From positions 372,001-436,000 of IMG/VR virus record IMGVR_UViG_3300049793_000366: a stretch of DNA of 64,000 nt. One strand, written 5' to 3'. The first letter of the stretch is position 1. Every line of letters starts with the position of its first letter. Below the pieces are notes generated by a model. It did not search any database. It saw only the letters and a list, made by a program, of their open reading frames with translations, and had not been told where the DNA came from. Of the stretch, positions 1 through 10,906 are shown piece after piece. Made by a program: the position numbers and the translations under genes.

Positions 1-1578
1 CACAATCGGTGTTTCAGCTTTGAATACCATTTTGTGTTCAAATAATTCTGGCCAATATTTATATAAGAAATTAACTAATAGAGCTACGATTGAATAACCA
101 TCATAATCCTGGTCACAATAGAATAAAATTCTACCATACCTTAGCGTACCTGGTATAACCTTCTGTCCTAATTTTAATCCCAACGCACCCATTAAGTTTA
201 CAACTTCATTATTAGCAACAAGCTTAACGTTAGTCATCTCTGTTGCGTTTACGAATTTACCGCGTAAAGAAAAGGCACCTTGGTATTGTGGGTCTCTGTA
301 TTTTCTAAATGCTGATGATGCTGAATCACCCTCGAATAAAGCTAAACTACATTTCCATCTATCTTTAGCTTTAGCATCAATTAACTTATCTACTTTTATT
401 TTAGATAAATTTTTATTAAGTTCTCTTGCCAATTTATTATCATCAGCCGCTTTCTTTTGTTGAATCCAATCTAAAATTAAATCTACAATTTCGGATTTTA
501 AAATATCCTTAATCATTTTATCAGTAACTTCGAATTGATATCCGAAATCTTTTATCTCTGTGATTAATTTCTCTTTAGTCTGTGAAGAGAATGCCGGGTT
601 GACAACCGTAGCATTTAAGAAAATAAATAAATGGTTCTTCAATTCAGATGGCTTAACATCAACTTTATGTTTCTTCTGAAAGTATTCTCTTAGCTTGGTT
701 AATATTTGGTTTAAAACATAATCAGTATGTGTACCACCGTCATATGTATCAGTAGAGTTAACAAAACTTATTTGTCTGAATCCATCATCAGATGGAGCAA
801 CCGCTAAAGACCATGATTTATCTTTTGTTGTTTCAAAGAAATACTTTGGTGTGTAATACTTAACGTAATCCTCAAATGTTTTAATCTGAATTAATTTATC
901 ATTGAAATATACTTTTATACTTGGATTACAACCAGCGATATCAAGTACACGCTTATGCAACAAACGCATATGTGATTCATCTATACCATTCATACCGAAT
1001 TTTTCATAATCAGGTGTGTATGATATTTGTGTGAAATTCTTAGTTGCCTTTTTAACCTTAGGTTGAGTCCTGTCTCTCATATTATTAGAGAACGCCTGAC
1101 TGTACTGGTTCTCACCATCACAGGTATCAATGATGAATTGTTTAGAATAGATATTAGTTAATGTAGAACCTACACCATTTGTACCAGCACCAGTCCTAGA
1201 TTCATCATCATTAAAGTTTGAACCAGCTTTCAGATTTGAAAATATCATTTCTGGAATCCACTCTTTATGTTCTTTATGTTTTACTACTGGTATACCACCA
1301 TTATCCCAAATAACAATAGTACCATTATTTATTGATACTTTAATTGTATTCAATTTTGAACCAGAACGTTTGTGTTCATCGACTGAGTTTGTAATAATTT
1401 CGTCGAATACTTTTAAAAATCCTGGATTATAAGTAATTGTAGTTAGCTCCATTTTACTTTCCTTGTTAGGAAGGTATTTGTTAGCCGTGTGTGGCTTAAT
1501 AGACCCGATATACATTCCTGGTCTCTTCAATACGTGTTCTATATCATCTAACTTCTTAAATTTGCTCTCAATGCTCAT
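1..1578 (-). CDS. DNA topoisomerase II large (ATPase/TOPRIM) subunit, T4 gp39+60/GyrB-like; runs off the window edge, so absent from the ORF track
   Basis: Manual translation of the minus strand from ATG at 1578 gives MSIESKFKKLDDIEHVLKRPGMYIGS (GHKL start) and later LFEGDSASSAFRK...FSLRGKFVNA (TOPRIM). Confidence 0.93.
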   Translation of the reverse strand, partial: MSIESKFKKLDDIEHVLKRPGMYIGSIKPHTANKYLPNKESKMELTTITYNPGFLKVFDEIITNSVDEHKRSGSKLNTIKVSINNGTIVIWDNGGIPVVKHKEHKEWIPEMIFSNLKAGSNFNDDESRTGAGTNGVGSTLTNIYSKQFIIDTCDGENQYSQAFSNNMRDRTQPKVKKATKNFTQISYTPDYEKFGMNGIDESHMRLLHKRVLDIAGCNPSIKVYFNDKLIQIKTFEDYVKYYTPKYFFETTKDKSWSLAVAPSDDGFRQISFVNSTDTYDGGTHTDYVLNQILTKLREYFQKKHKVDVKPSELKNHLFIFLNATVVNPAFSSQTKEKLITEIKDFGYQFEVTDKMIKDILKSEIVDLILDWIQQKKAADDNKLARELNKNLSKIKVDKLIDAKAKDRWKCSLALFEGDSASSAFRKYRDPQYQGAFSLRGKFVNATEMTNVKLVANNEVVNLMGALGLKLGQKVIPGTLRYGRILFYCDQDYDGYSIVALLVNFLYKYWPELFEHKMVFKAETPIV

Positions 1579-1697
1579 ATAATTGGTGAAGTGTCTTTTT
1601 TATTATATATGCCATTACGCATTTTACCTTTCTAAACTTTTGTCGGGAAAGGGAATAAAAGTGTAAAAGTTATATTTTTAAAAAATAAAAAGTTTGA

Positions 1698-3047
1698 ATG
1701 TTAGAATCCAAGAGTATTTCACAGTTTTTAGCGGATGAGTATAAAGAGTTTTCTCTCTACACAATAGAATCGAGAGCTATTCCATCAGTAATTGATGGAT
1801 TTAAACCAACGCAAAGAAAAATCATACACGTATCAAGTGGTATATGGAAAACCGGATCTGAGAAGACCCTTAAAGTGTTTCAATTAGCCGGTAAAGTAGC
1901 CTCAGATGCATTCTATCATCACGGTAATGCTTCACTTGAGAGTTCAATAATAACAATGGCTCAGAAGTTTAAAAACAATATGCCATTATTAGAAGAAGAC
2001 GGACAGTTTGGTTCTCTTCGCGCCCCTGAGCCTGGTGCGCCACGTTATATTGGTACTAAATTAAATAAAAACTTCCGATTACTTTATAAGGATTTCGAAT
2101 TACTTAAATTCAAAGAAGAAGAGGGTGAAGTAATTGAACCAAGATATTTCTTACCAATTATTCCAACCGTTTTATTAAATGGTTCTTCTGGAATTGCGGT
2201 AGGGTTTTCATCAAACGTATTGAATAGAAATCCTAAGGACATCATCGAAGCTTGTCAAAATGTATTGAGAGATAAAAAAGTAGGTAGTATAAAACCATTT
2301 ATACCTGACTTCAAAGGAACATACATACAAGATACTGATAACCCGAAGCGTTGGATTATCAGAGGTATTTACGAAATTGTTAATACATCAACGGTTAAAA
2401 TATCAGAACTTCCACCATCAATGACATATGAAAAGTATGAAGAGATATTGGATGAATTAGTTGAGAAGAAAGCAATTGCTGGTTACGATGATAACAGTAA
2501 AGATAAAGTTGATTACACTATTAAGTTCAACAGAGAATCTTTAGCTAAATATCTTGAAGAAGATAGACTATGGAAATTACTAAGATTAGAAGAAGCAGAA
2601 ACAGAAATCTACACAACATTGGATGAGTTTGGTAAATTAAAAATATTTGACTCACCTGACCAAATAGTAAAATACTTTGTTGACTTTAGATTAATATACT
2701 ATCACAAGAGAAAGAAATTTATGTTGGATAAATTACAACATGAAGTAAATGTTTTATCGAATAGAGGTAAATTTATAAAAGCAATTTTAGATGGTAAGTT
2801 AGAAATAAAGAATAGAAAGAAGGAAGAACTTATTAATGATATTGCTAGTTTAGAATTAGCAAAGATTGATGATTCATTTGATTACCTTTTACGTATGCCA
2901 CTTTGGTCTTTAACTAAAGAGTTATTTGATAAATTAAGAGAAGACTTCAAGATAAAGAAGGAAGAAATTAATGAATTAAAGGCAACGGATCCGAAGGATA
3001 TGTACAACTTAGACCTATCTGAATTGAAGAAGAAAGTCGTAGGATAG
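1698..3047 (+). CDS. DNA topoisomerase II breakage-reunion subunit, T4 gp52/GyrA-like
   Basis: RAIPSVIDGFKPTQRK, YHHGNASL, GQFGSL...PRYI (catalytic Tyr), IPTVLLNGSSGIAVGFSS. Confidence 0.93.
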   Translation: MLESKSISQFLADEYKEFSLYTIESRAIPSVIDGFKPTQRKIIHVSSGIWKTGSEKTLKVFQLAGKVASDAFYHHGNASLESSIITMAQKFKNNMPLLEEDGQFGSLRAPEPGAPRYIGTKLNKNFRLLYKDFELLKFKEEEGEVIEPRYFLPIIPTVLLNGSSGIAVGFSSNVLNRNPKDIIEACQNVLRDKKVGSIKPFIPDFKGTYIQDTDNPKRWIIRGIYEIVNTSTVKISELPPSMTYEKYEEILDELVEKKAIAGYDDNSKDKVDYTIKFNRESLAKYLEEDRLWKLLRLEEAETEIYTTLDEFGKLKIFDSPDQIVKYFVDFRLIYYHKRKKFMLDKLQHEVNVLSNRGKFIKAILDGKLEIKNRKKEELINDIASLELAKIDDSFDYLLRMPLWSLTKELFDKLREDFKIKKEEINELKATDPKDMYNLDLSELKKKVVG

Positions 3048-3065
3048 TAAATATTTTAATATATA

Positions 3066-3097
3066 TTTGGATATTGTCCGGAAATTAATTATATTTG
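3066..3097 (+). promoter_or_regulatory. Bacteroidota-type housekeeping promoter
   Basis: TTTG at 3066-3069 and TATATTTG at 3090-3097, 20 nt apart, just before the RNA ligase ATG. Confidence 0.75.
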
Positions 3098-3102
3098 TAT
3101 AA

Positions 3103-4446
3103 ATGAAGTGGCTTAAAGAAAGAGATAAATTTAGTATGAACGAATCAGTCGTGGTAAAACACAACATACCAACATATGATGAGTGCGTTGAAATGTGCGC
3201 TCAGGAATCACCATGTTTCTATGAGACTAAGCTGGTTTTAGATGGATATAATATATCTGTCTTTAACTATCGTCTTGCTATGTATAGCGATTTCGTTAAA
3301 CCAATCGCAGATAAGCCACAAATCAAAGCATATGAAATGAGAGGATTAACTTTCGTCTTCAATGAAGATGGAACAATCTTTAATCGTTTCCTTTTACTTG
3401 AGAAGTTCTTTAACTTAAATCAAGTTCCAGAGTCTATGTATTCTATTGTTAAGAACTACAAAATAAAGTATGTTAATAACAAAGAAGATGGTTCTATTGC
3501 TTCATTTATCAAATTACCGAATGGTAAAATATACGGTAAGTCAAAGATGTCATTTGATAATGACCAAGCTGATGGTATCAACAGAGTTTACAAAACTAAT
3601 AAGCAAATCAAATCACTTGTTGATTGGTGCTTAGATAACGATATCGCGCCTATTTTTGAATATGTTGCACCACATAATAGAATAGTTCTTAGATACACAA
3701 CTGAGGACTTAATATTATTGCGTCTAAGAGACAATAAGACTGGTAGGCACATTGACTTAAAGGATCATTTAGATAAGATTGGTGAGATTAAAATCGCACC
3801 ATTTGAAGATGATTTCGATGGTCTTGACCACCTAATTGAATTAGTTGCAAAGCAAACTGATAAAGAGGGTTGTATTGTACAAGCTGTTGACGAAAATGGT
3901 CACGACTTCTTATTTAAGCTTAAAACACCATGGTATTGTGAGAGACACGGTTTATTGACTGAGGACTTATACCGTGAGCATATTATTATTGGTTATATCT
4001 TACAAGACAAAATTGATGATATTCTTGGACAAATCCCAGAAGAAGAGAAAGAGGCGCACGAAAGAATCAATAAAATCATCAAGATAGCCAAAAAAGCTAT
4101 TGCTGATAAAGAAGCTGAAATACTTGGTTTCTATCAAGTTTATTTAGATATGAATGATAGAAAAGCATTTGCATTAAAGTATCACAGACACCCGTTATTT
4201 GCTATGACTATGGCTTATGTTAAAGGTGTATATATGAAAACTCTTTCAAAAGAAGAGATTGCTGAAATGTACGAAGGTGACTTTGACCGTTTCGCTATGA
4301 TTCTTAATCAGTGCGAATCATATGAAATAGCTAAAGAATGGCTTAGAGAACAAACTAAGTGGTTGATGATGGCAAGAGATTGGCTTCAAGACAAAGACCC
4401 TACTTTATTTTTCATAGATCCTATCGAAAGTGATGAAGATAACTAA
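3103..4446 (+). CDS. RNA ligase, T4 Rnl1-like
   Basis: Motif I KEDGS, FEYVAPHNRIV, EGCIV, FKLKTPWY. Confidence 0.85.
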   Translation: MKWLKERDKFSMNESVVVKHNIPTYDECVEMCAQESPCFYETKLVLDGYNISVFNYRLAMYSDFVKPIADKPQIKAYEMRGLTFVFNEDGTIFNRFLLLEKFFNLNQVPESMYSIVKNYKIKYVNNKEDGSIASFIKLPNGKIYGKSKMSFDNDQADGINRVYKTNKQIKSLVDWCLDNDIAPIFEYVAPHNRIVLRYTTEDLILLRLRDNKTGRHIDLKDHLDKIGEIKIAPFEDDFDGLDHLIELVAKQTDKEGCIVQAVDENGHDFLFKLKTPWYCERHGLLTEDLYREHIIIGYILQDKIDDILGQIPEEEKEAHERINKIIKIAKKAIADKEAEILGFYQVYLDMNDRKAFALKYHRHPLFAMTMAYVKGVYMKTLSKEEIAEMYEGDFDRFAMILNQCESYEIAKEWLREQTKWLMMARDWLQDKDPTLFFIDPIESDEDN

Positions 4447-4473
4447 CCCTGAACTAAAGTTCAGGGTTTTTTA
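4446..4473 (+). terminator. Intrinsic terminator
   Basis: aaccctgaac-taaa-gttcagggtt followed by a T tract. Confidence 0.8.
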
Positions 4474-4513
4474 TTTTGGCTTTTTAATATATAATAAAAA
4501 GCAAATAATTCAT

Positions 4514-5680
4514 ATGTCATGTTGTGGTGGTAGTAATAGACTTCTTGGTAATAACAATAACGTAATCAAGTATTATGGCTCAGACCTAATAGCGGTTGAG
4601 GGTTCAAACACTGTTGCGAAATTGCCATTGGGATTCATCAGAATACCATATAAACAAGTATTAACAAGTCGTATCATATTAAAACCTGGTCAATCAAACT
4701 ACTTACTTAACTTTTTAGGTATGGGTGACAATGCTAATTTACTATGTCTTACTGCTAAATATGAACTTAAAGCTAAAATAGAAACAGAAAACTACGTTCA
4801 GTACAATTATTTTGATGATTTCTCAAGAATGTATGCTTTCAATACTGTTTTAACTCTTTCTGGTAACTCTACAAACAGAGTTAAACAGATATACTTACAC
4901 AATCCAAATCAAGACTATTCAGTTACGATAGAAGTTATGTGTGCTGTTATTGATGAGACTTATTCATTCTTTAACTCTACGAGTGGTCAGGATATGGCTT
5001 TCTCTGGATTAGCATATACAGACATCGTTACATGGGTTCCGGGTGAATCTATTGCGATTTTAAATAGTACAAACGCAGTTCCACCATTAGGTGGTGTGCC
5101 GATGGCATATATTCAATTACAGAATATTTCTTCTATTGAGAGAGTTGGTAAGATTTTAATTATCGATGATACATCTTTAGGTTATATCTACCTTGATTTT
5201 ACTGACGAATTTAATGCTGAACAAGCACAATCATTAATATCATGGGCTACTGAAGGTACTGATAGAGTTATTCAAGACCTTGACCCAAGAGCCGATTTAT
5301 TGGATCCTATAATTTATTTTACATCGGATATCACATTGGTTGGTGCTACTGTTGCTGGTCCTTATAACTCAGACCAAGGTGACTACTTTGACTCTGCTAC
5401 TATATCACTTGGTACATACAGTGGTGCTATCACTAAGCTTGATATCATCAACTACACAATTGATTATGTATATGATAACAGAGGTGGTCTTACTGGTAGT
5501 ACAGCAGGTGATGGTTTAATCACACTTACAGCATCAAACATTATTGTTACTGGAACTGCAAATACACCACTTACTTATATCACAGTACCAGGAACATATT
5601 CTGTTACGTTTGATATTACCGACATTGCTGCTAACACAGTTGACCTTACTAACTATGTTATATTAAATGTAACGTCTTAA
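4514..5680 (+). CDS. Probable virion structural protein (start moved to ATG 4514)
   Basis: Thr/Ser/Gly/Asp-rich beta-type sequence, preceded by the AATATATA motif, next to other virion-like genes. Confidence 0.5.
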   Translation: MSCCGGSNRLLGNNNNVIKYYGSDLIAVEGSNTVAKLPLGFIRIPYKQVLTSRIILKPGQSNYLLNFLGMGDNANLLCLTAKYELKAKIETENYVQYNYFDDFSRMYAFNTVLTLSGNSTNRVKQIYLHNPNQDYSVTIEVMCAVIDETYSFFNSTSGQDMAFSGLAYTDIVTWVPGESIAILNSTNAVPPLGGVPMAYIQLQNISSIERVGKILIIDDTSLGYIYLDFTDEFNAEQAQSLISWATEGTDRVIQDLDPRADLLDPIIYFTSDITLVGATVAGPYNSDQGDYFDSATISLGTYSGAITKLDIINYTIDYVYDNRGGLTGSTAGDGLITLTASNIIVTGTANTPLTYITVPGTYSVTFDITDIAANTVDLTNYVILNVTS

Positions 5681-5682
5681 CA

Positions 5683-6192
5683 ATGGCTAACTTTATAAGA
5701 ACAAACTTCCTTGTACAACCATCAACTGGTGATACTGCTGTTTTCTTCAAAGATAAAAACGGTAATATTGTTCATGAGATTTTTGTTAAAACTATAACAG
5801 CTATATGGCACGATGGTCCAACTGTTAAGATTAAAAAGGACTCATCATCAAAGCCAACCATATTAGATTTCTCAACGTCACAAGAAGCATCAGTAGCTCT
5901 ACAAATAGCTAATAAAGCTATTGAAGATATTAAAGCTACATTACCATCTGGTGATATAAATCAGGATATTATAGATTATATTGATTTGAGATTTTCACAA
6001 TCATCTTTTCAGTATCATCAATTAACACCAATAACAAATTGGTTGATAACACATAACTTAGATAAGTTTCCAAGCGTAACAGTAACAGATAACTCATTAT
6101 ACGAAATAGAAGGATTAGTTAGATATTTAGATTCTAACACTGTTATGGTTTTATTTAACCAGGCTGTTGAGGGTTGGGTTTATATCAATTAA
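5683..6192 (+). CDS. Probable virion protein
   Basis: C-terminal W.I.HNL..FPSV.V.D...G.V.Y.D.N...V.F pattern, typical of phage tail/virion protein termini. Confidence 0.55.
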   Translation: MANFIRTNFLVQPSTGDTAVFFKDKNGNIVHEIFVKTITAIWHDGPTVKIKKDSSSKPTILDFSTSQEASVALQIANKAIEDIKATLPSGDINQDIIDYIDLRFSQSSFQYHQLTPITNWLITHNLDKFPSVTVTDNSLYEIEGLVRYLDSNTVMVLFNQAVEGWVYIN

Positions 6193-6762
6193 TTATTTAC
6201 CAGCTAAATAAACTCTTAACTTAGCTAATAACAATTCAGTTATTAAATCACTTGGATTCAAATGGTCTCTATATTTAATATCAACCTTAACTGACTTACT
6301 GATACTTTCATTTTTAGTACCATCACCTCTCGCGATTACTTCGTGGTAGTCATTTTCAGTAAGAGGCACTAAACAATAATAAAATTGTGATGTAGTTGTT
6401 TTACAAGCAAACACGGGTCTTTCAAATTCAAATTGATATCCTTCTCTAAGAACAATACCAGCTTCTTCTTCAAGTTCTCTTTTCAAAGCTTGCTCAGGAG
6501 ATTCACCAGTTTCAATTCTACCAGCAACAACAGTTAGGAAATAGTCATTACCTTCTACTTTTTTGAAAGTAGGTATATATTCTTGTCTAACAATAATTTG
6601 ATTCTCTTCAATTAAATATGGTAAACAAGCAACAACATTAGGTTCTTCTACCACTACCCAATCCTCAAAGTTAGTTACTTTTAAAAAGTCATTCTCAAAT
6701 ATAACTGGTTCGTCAGTTGGTGACGCTGGTTTTTTCTTTATAATTTTGCTGAATTTGTCCAT
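6193..6762 (-). CDS. NUDIX hydrolase
   Basis: Nudix box GRIETGESPEQALKRELEEEAG. Confidence 0.9.
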   Translation of the reverse strand: MDKFSKIIKKKPASPTDEPVIFENDFLKVTNFEDWVVVEEPNVVACLPYLIEENQIIVRQEYIPTFKKVEGNDYFLTVVAGRIETGESPEQALKRELEEEAGIVLREGYQFEFERPVFACKTTTSQFYYCLVPLTENDYHEVIARGDGTKNESISKSVKVDIKYRDHLNPSDLITELLLAKLRVYLAGK

Positions 6763-6779
6763 AGTTTATATATTAAAAT

Positions 6780-9041
6780 TTATATGTCGAATGACGGAAG
6801 AATTAAAGTTGAGTTTGCATTATCTCCGAATATCAACGCTGATGAGTCTCTTATGATTGTTTGATTCAATACTTTGTTATGAGTATCTTCTGCTATAACA
6901 TCATTGAATAATCTAATGTTGGTCATATTAGAATCAGAACCTAACACTGACATTTCAACATTTTCCAATGCGAATTCAAACGGTGTGATATCTGCTTCAT
7001 ATGTACTAACTAATAACAACTTAGATGAACCAAGATTACCAGCATCACTTTCTATTGATACATTACGTTTGTATATGTAATGAGTTATTTTACCTTGTCT
7101 TTGGTCAAGATTTAATAGGTAGCAATACCAAACATCTTCGCTTAATTCCGTAGCGGTTGATGCAGTAGAACCAGATAAGTTATATTGCGATACAGTACCA
7201 TTGTAAGTAAAGTTAATGTTATCAGCTTCTAAATCTATTCTATAACCAACCTCATTCACATCATCATAATTATTGATGAAATTATATTTCTCATTGATAA
7301 CATAGTTATTCAATTTAAACCATAACATAAACGCTCTGTTATCACCCTTCTGTAATAAAGAATCAGCAGATGTGTATGTAACAGCAGGAGTATCATAAGT
7401 AACTGAATTCATATCATAGTTTGATTTGCTTAATACAAGAGTTGAGTTCTCAATAAGTTCTTTATTTATCTTAGCTAAAACTTTATGTCTTACAACATCT
7501 CTTGTAAGAGTTCTATATTGGTCTTTGTTAGCAACATCTTTTAAATCATTAGTTGCTTCTAATCCAAATAATTCATCAATAGTTGAATTCTTAGTAAGTT
7601 CTTTAACCTTATTAGAAATTTCAACATCAGTGATTTGAACATTCGCAAGCTGGCTCCATTTCTTAAGCATTACTTTATAGTAAATAGATGCATTATTAAA
7701 CTGTCTGAATGGTTGTGCGTGTTCAACTCTAAACATTCTACTTATTTCCGGAAAATATAAGAAGTCATCTTTGTGTGGTCTACGTTGAACACCGAAGATA
7801 CTCTTAAAGTTTTCTTTAGTAATATGTATTTCAAATGTATCGAATAATGATAAATCAAATTGATTCATTACTATCTGATTATCAGGGAAGTTATTCTGGT
7901 CAACAGAAACTTTAACTACACCATCACAAGCAACATTTAATAATTGATACTCGTGGAACGTGTGGTCAATACCATTTGAATCAGCATCAGTAGCAAAGTA
8001 CACAACATCGAATCCAAGAATACTTGTTGCTTGATTTGCTAATACGTTTAACAAATCAGTTGCTTGATTCAAAGCATATGGTTTAAATAATTGACTCTTC
8101 TGTGCATCATTCAACGGCTTTATTAAATCTGTTAAAGGCCCACAATATTTAGACACGTCTAAAAATCCACCATCAGACGGTGGTAAATCACTATCATTCG
8201 CTGTGTTTGAGAATGATGCAATTATACTCTGAGCATTATCTCTTATTCCAAATAAATTAGATTTTAAATAATCCAATGAAACATTTTGAAAGTCACCGAT
8301 GATATTGAAATCATAAATATAAACATCACTTGTTGTTTTGTTTGTAAATTGATATTCAACCTCAAAGAATCTTATTGGATTAATACGTGCGCTAATAGCA
8401 TTATCTTTATTAAGTGGTTCCCACTTCGTCCAGTTTCTTTTATTATCTTGTGTATATCTCCATTCAGTTTTAATTGAATCGTTATTTGATGATAGTAATT
8501 CTATATCATCTATTCTAAATACTTTATAAACATAAGGTGGTGAGTAAATAACAGACTGTGTTGCTGATAACTTAATAGTAGGTTCAGTTGTCTCAAGTCT
8601 TTCTATATCACCTTCGATACTATATTCTTTTATTGAAATGATTCCAGATAATGAAATACCTTTTCTAACCCATTTTATTTGAATAGCTGATGTAGCAGAA
8701 GGGTCAAGATTAGGAAAATCGCTTATATCAAAGTAATTCTTCTTATATACAATTGAAGTAGTTGCTCCTGTAACAGTTTCTTCACTTTTCTTAGTGGTAA
8801 TTTGATACCATTCAGAATAGTTCACACCGTTATCAACGGATGCTCTCCACCATCTCTCTAAATATCGATTTTCTGTCTCATTGGTGGTCATATCATACAA
8901 TTCACAGAATTTAATCACATCAGTTAGTCCACTACCGGACACTATCTGTTGTTGATTAACGAGTGAAAAATCAAGGGTAGTACTGAACTGATCCTCAATG
9001 ATTACTGTACCATTCTGGGTATTGTAGTTAATTTCTTGCAT
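6780..9041 (-). CDS. Virion protein with a central T4 gp14-like neck domain
   Basis: FDLSLFDTFEIHITKENF...PHKDDFLYFPEISRMFRVEH resembles gp14 (EGDLIYFP..LFEI..VE), with long N- and C-terminal extensions. Confidence 0.55.
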   Translation of the reverse strand: MQEINYNTQNGTVIIEDQFSTTLDFSLVNQQQIVSGSGLTDVIKFCELYDMTTNETENRYLERWWRASVDNGVNYSEWYQITTKKSEETVTGATTSIVYKKNYFDISDFPNLDPSATSAIQIKWVRKGISLSGIISIKEYSIEGDIERLETTEPTIKLSATQSVIYSPPYVYKVFRIDDIELLSSNNDSIKTEWRYTQDNKRNWTKWEPLNKDNAISARINPIRFFEVEYQFTNKTTSDVYIYDFNIIGDFQNVSLDYLKSNLFGIRDNAQSIIASFSNTANDSDLPPSDGGFLDVSKYCGPLTDLIKPLNDAQKSQLFKPYALNQATDLLNVLANQATSILGFDVVYFATDADSNGIDHTFHEYQLLNVACDGVVKVSVDQNNFPDNQIVMNQFDLSLFDTFEIHITKENFKSIFGVQRRPHKDDFLYFPEISRMFRVEHAQPFRQFNNASIYYKVMLKKWSQLANVQITDVEISNKVKELTKNSTIDELFGLEATNDLKDVANKDQYRTLTRDVVRHKVLAKINKELIENSTLVLSKSNYDMNSVTYDTPAVTYTSADSLLQKGDNRAFMLWFKLNNYVINEKYNFINNYDDVNEVGYRIDLEADNINFTYNGTVSQYNLSGSTASTATELSEDVWYCYLLNLDQRQGKITHYIYKRNVSIESDAGNLGSSKLLLVSTYEADITPFEFALENVEMSVLGSDSNMTNIRLFNDVIAEDTHNKVLNQTIIRDSSALIFGDNANSTLILPSFDI

Positions 9042-9100
9042 ATGACTTATATATTAAAATTATAGCGTTGGAATTCAGATTTAACATTTATAGATAAATG

Positions 9101-9132
9101 TTTGGTTATTGTATAGAATGTCCTTATATTTG
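9101..9132 (+). promoter_or_regulatory. Bacteroidota-type promoter
   Basis: TTTG 9101-9104, TATATTTG 9125-9132. Confidence 0.7.
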
Positions 9133-9163
9133 TGTAGGATTTATAAAAATATCCAGTTGAAAG

Positions 9164-10321
9164 ATGAACATTAAACAAACATTCCTTAAACTGACAAGTC
9201 ACACTTACCCACATGGGACTGAGAGTGCGGTGTTGCCACTACTACCTAAGGAATTGAATACGGATGAATTTGGTAATCTTTACATAGAGATTGGAACTAC
9301 AACAACAATGTTCGCTTCTCATTTAGATACAGCCACTAAGGCTGATTGCCCTGTAAAACACGTATTTGATAATAATATTATCAAAACTGATGGTACTTCT
9401 ATTCTTGGTGCTGACGATAAAGCTGGTGTAACCATCATGCTTCATATGATTGAGAAGAAAATACCTGGTTTATACTATTTTTTCTTAGGTGAAGAAGTCG
9501 GTTGTGTCGGCTCTAAAAAATTAGCAGAAAAGCTAAAAACAACAAACATTTACCCACATATCAAAAAATGTATATCATTCGATAGACGCGGTACTAAATC
9601 GGTAATTAGCTTTCAATTCGGCACTCGATGCTGTTCTGATAACTTCGCTAAAGACCTTTCTTCTAAGATAAACTCAGTTAGTACATTAAAGCTTGAACCA
9701 GACCCAACTGGTCTTTATACTGACTCAGCACAATTTATTAAAATATTTCCTGAGTGTACAAATATCTCAGTTGGTTACCAAAATGAGCATACATTCAATG
9801 AGCTTCAAGATATTGTATACCTTGAACAACTTGCTGATGCCGTTATTAAAATTGACTGGGAAAAGCTTGTTGTAGAAAGAGATCCATCTGTTACTGAATA
9901 CGACTATAACGATGATTACTACGGTACTCAGTATGGTCAATACAGGAACAATTATAAGTCTTGGAACTATGGTAATAGAAACTACAACAATAGTGGTTTC
10001 TATGGTAGTGGTAGCAAAACAAAGGAAAAACCAGTAACTAAGAAGCAACACTTCTATGATGAAAAGTGGGAACACGTTACTACCATTGAGTCTGAGCTTG
10101 GTGAGATTACTAAAATAAATCTTCACCCAGAGAGATTGAAAGCAGAGTCTAACCTAATTCAGGATTTGTTTGACATACTTGAGATTAAAGCAGAGACTTA
10201 TACATGGGATGGGCTTGAATTGGTTGTAAATTACAGAAATAATGGTAAGACTGTATTCACTCGAAAGAAGTTAATGGATTTCTTACCTGAGATAGATTAC
10301 ACAGACTTCGTTGCAAAATGA
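9164..10321 (+). CDS. M28/M20-clan metallopeptidase with Tyr/Gly/Asn-rich linker
   Basis: ASHLDT, LGADDKAG, GEEVGCVGS, SFDRRG zinc-binding motifs. Confidence 0.8.
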   Translation: MNIKQTFLKLTSHTYPHGTESAVLPLLPKELNTDEFGNLYIEIGTTTTMFASHLDTATKADCPVKHVFDNNIIKTDGTSILGADDKAGVTIMLHMIEKKIPGLYYFFLGEEVGCVGSKKLAEKLKTTNIYPHIKKCISFDRRGTKSVISFQFGTRCCSDNFAKDLSSKINSVSTLKLEPDPTGLYTDSAQFIKIFPECTNISVGYQNEHTFNELQDIVYLEQLADAVIKIDWEKLVVERDPSVTEYDYNDDYYGTQYGQYRNNYKSWNYGNRNYNNSGFYGSGSKTKEKPVTKKQHFYDEKWEHVTTIESELGEITKINLHPERLKAESNLIQDLFDILEIKAETYTWDGLELVVNYRNNGKTVFTRKKLMDFLPEIDYTDFVAK

Positions 10322-10411
10322 AATTAGTAGACTTTGAATATTACGCGATACTCACCGTAGCAGGCTGTGCCTTTCTATATTGGGTTTTCACTAAACTAAA
10401 GAAACGATAAT

Positions 10412-10906
10412 ATGAAAACAATTGCTATTTACCCAGGTTCATTTAATCCATTTCATATTGGACATTTGAATATACTTGAAAAAGCAGAAAGAATGTTTGA
10501 TGAAGTTATAGTGGCTGTTGGGCAAAACCCAACCAAACCACAAACAGAAACGTATATCTCGCTTAGTGGTGTGGTTACAATCGTGAGCGATAAACCAAGA
10601 CATGAAGTTTTATCTTCTGTTTTAAATCGTAAAGTAGAGAGCTATGTTGGTTATCTAAGTGAATACATTAAGAATAAGATTGATAAAGACACCAGAATCG
10701 TTTTGGTGCGTGGTTTACGCAATGGTGATGATTTGGACTACGAGATTAACCAATTGCGTGTAATCGAGGATTTGATGGGTAAGGATAGGCTTAATGTTGT
10801 ATTCATTGCTTGTGATAAAGAATATGAACACATATCATCTACTGTGTGCCGTCAAATGGAAGTAATTGAGAAAAATTCAAGTTTAATATATTATCCTAAA
10901 ATCTAA
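10412..10906 (+). CDS. coaD: Phosphopantetheine adenylyltransferase-like nucleotidyltransferase
   Basis: YPGSFNPFHIGH, VRGLR..DLDYE, HISST. Confidence 0.8.
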   Translation: MKTIAIYPGSFNPFHIGHLNILEKAERMFDEVIVAVGQNPTKPQTETYISLSGVVTIVSDKPRHEVLSSVLNRKVESYVGYLSEYIKNKIDKDTRIVLVRGLRNGDDLDYEINQLRVIEDLMGKDRLNVVFIACDKEYEHISSTVCRQMEVIEKNSSLIYYPKI

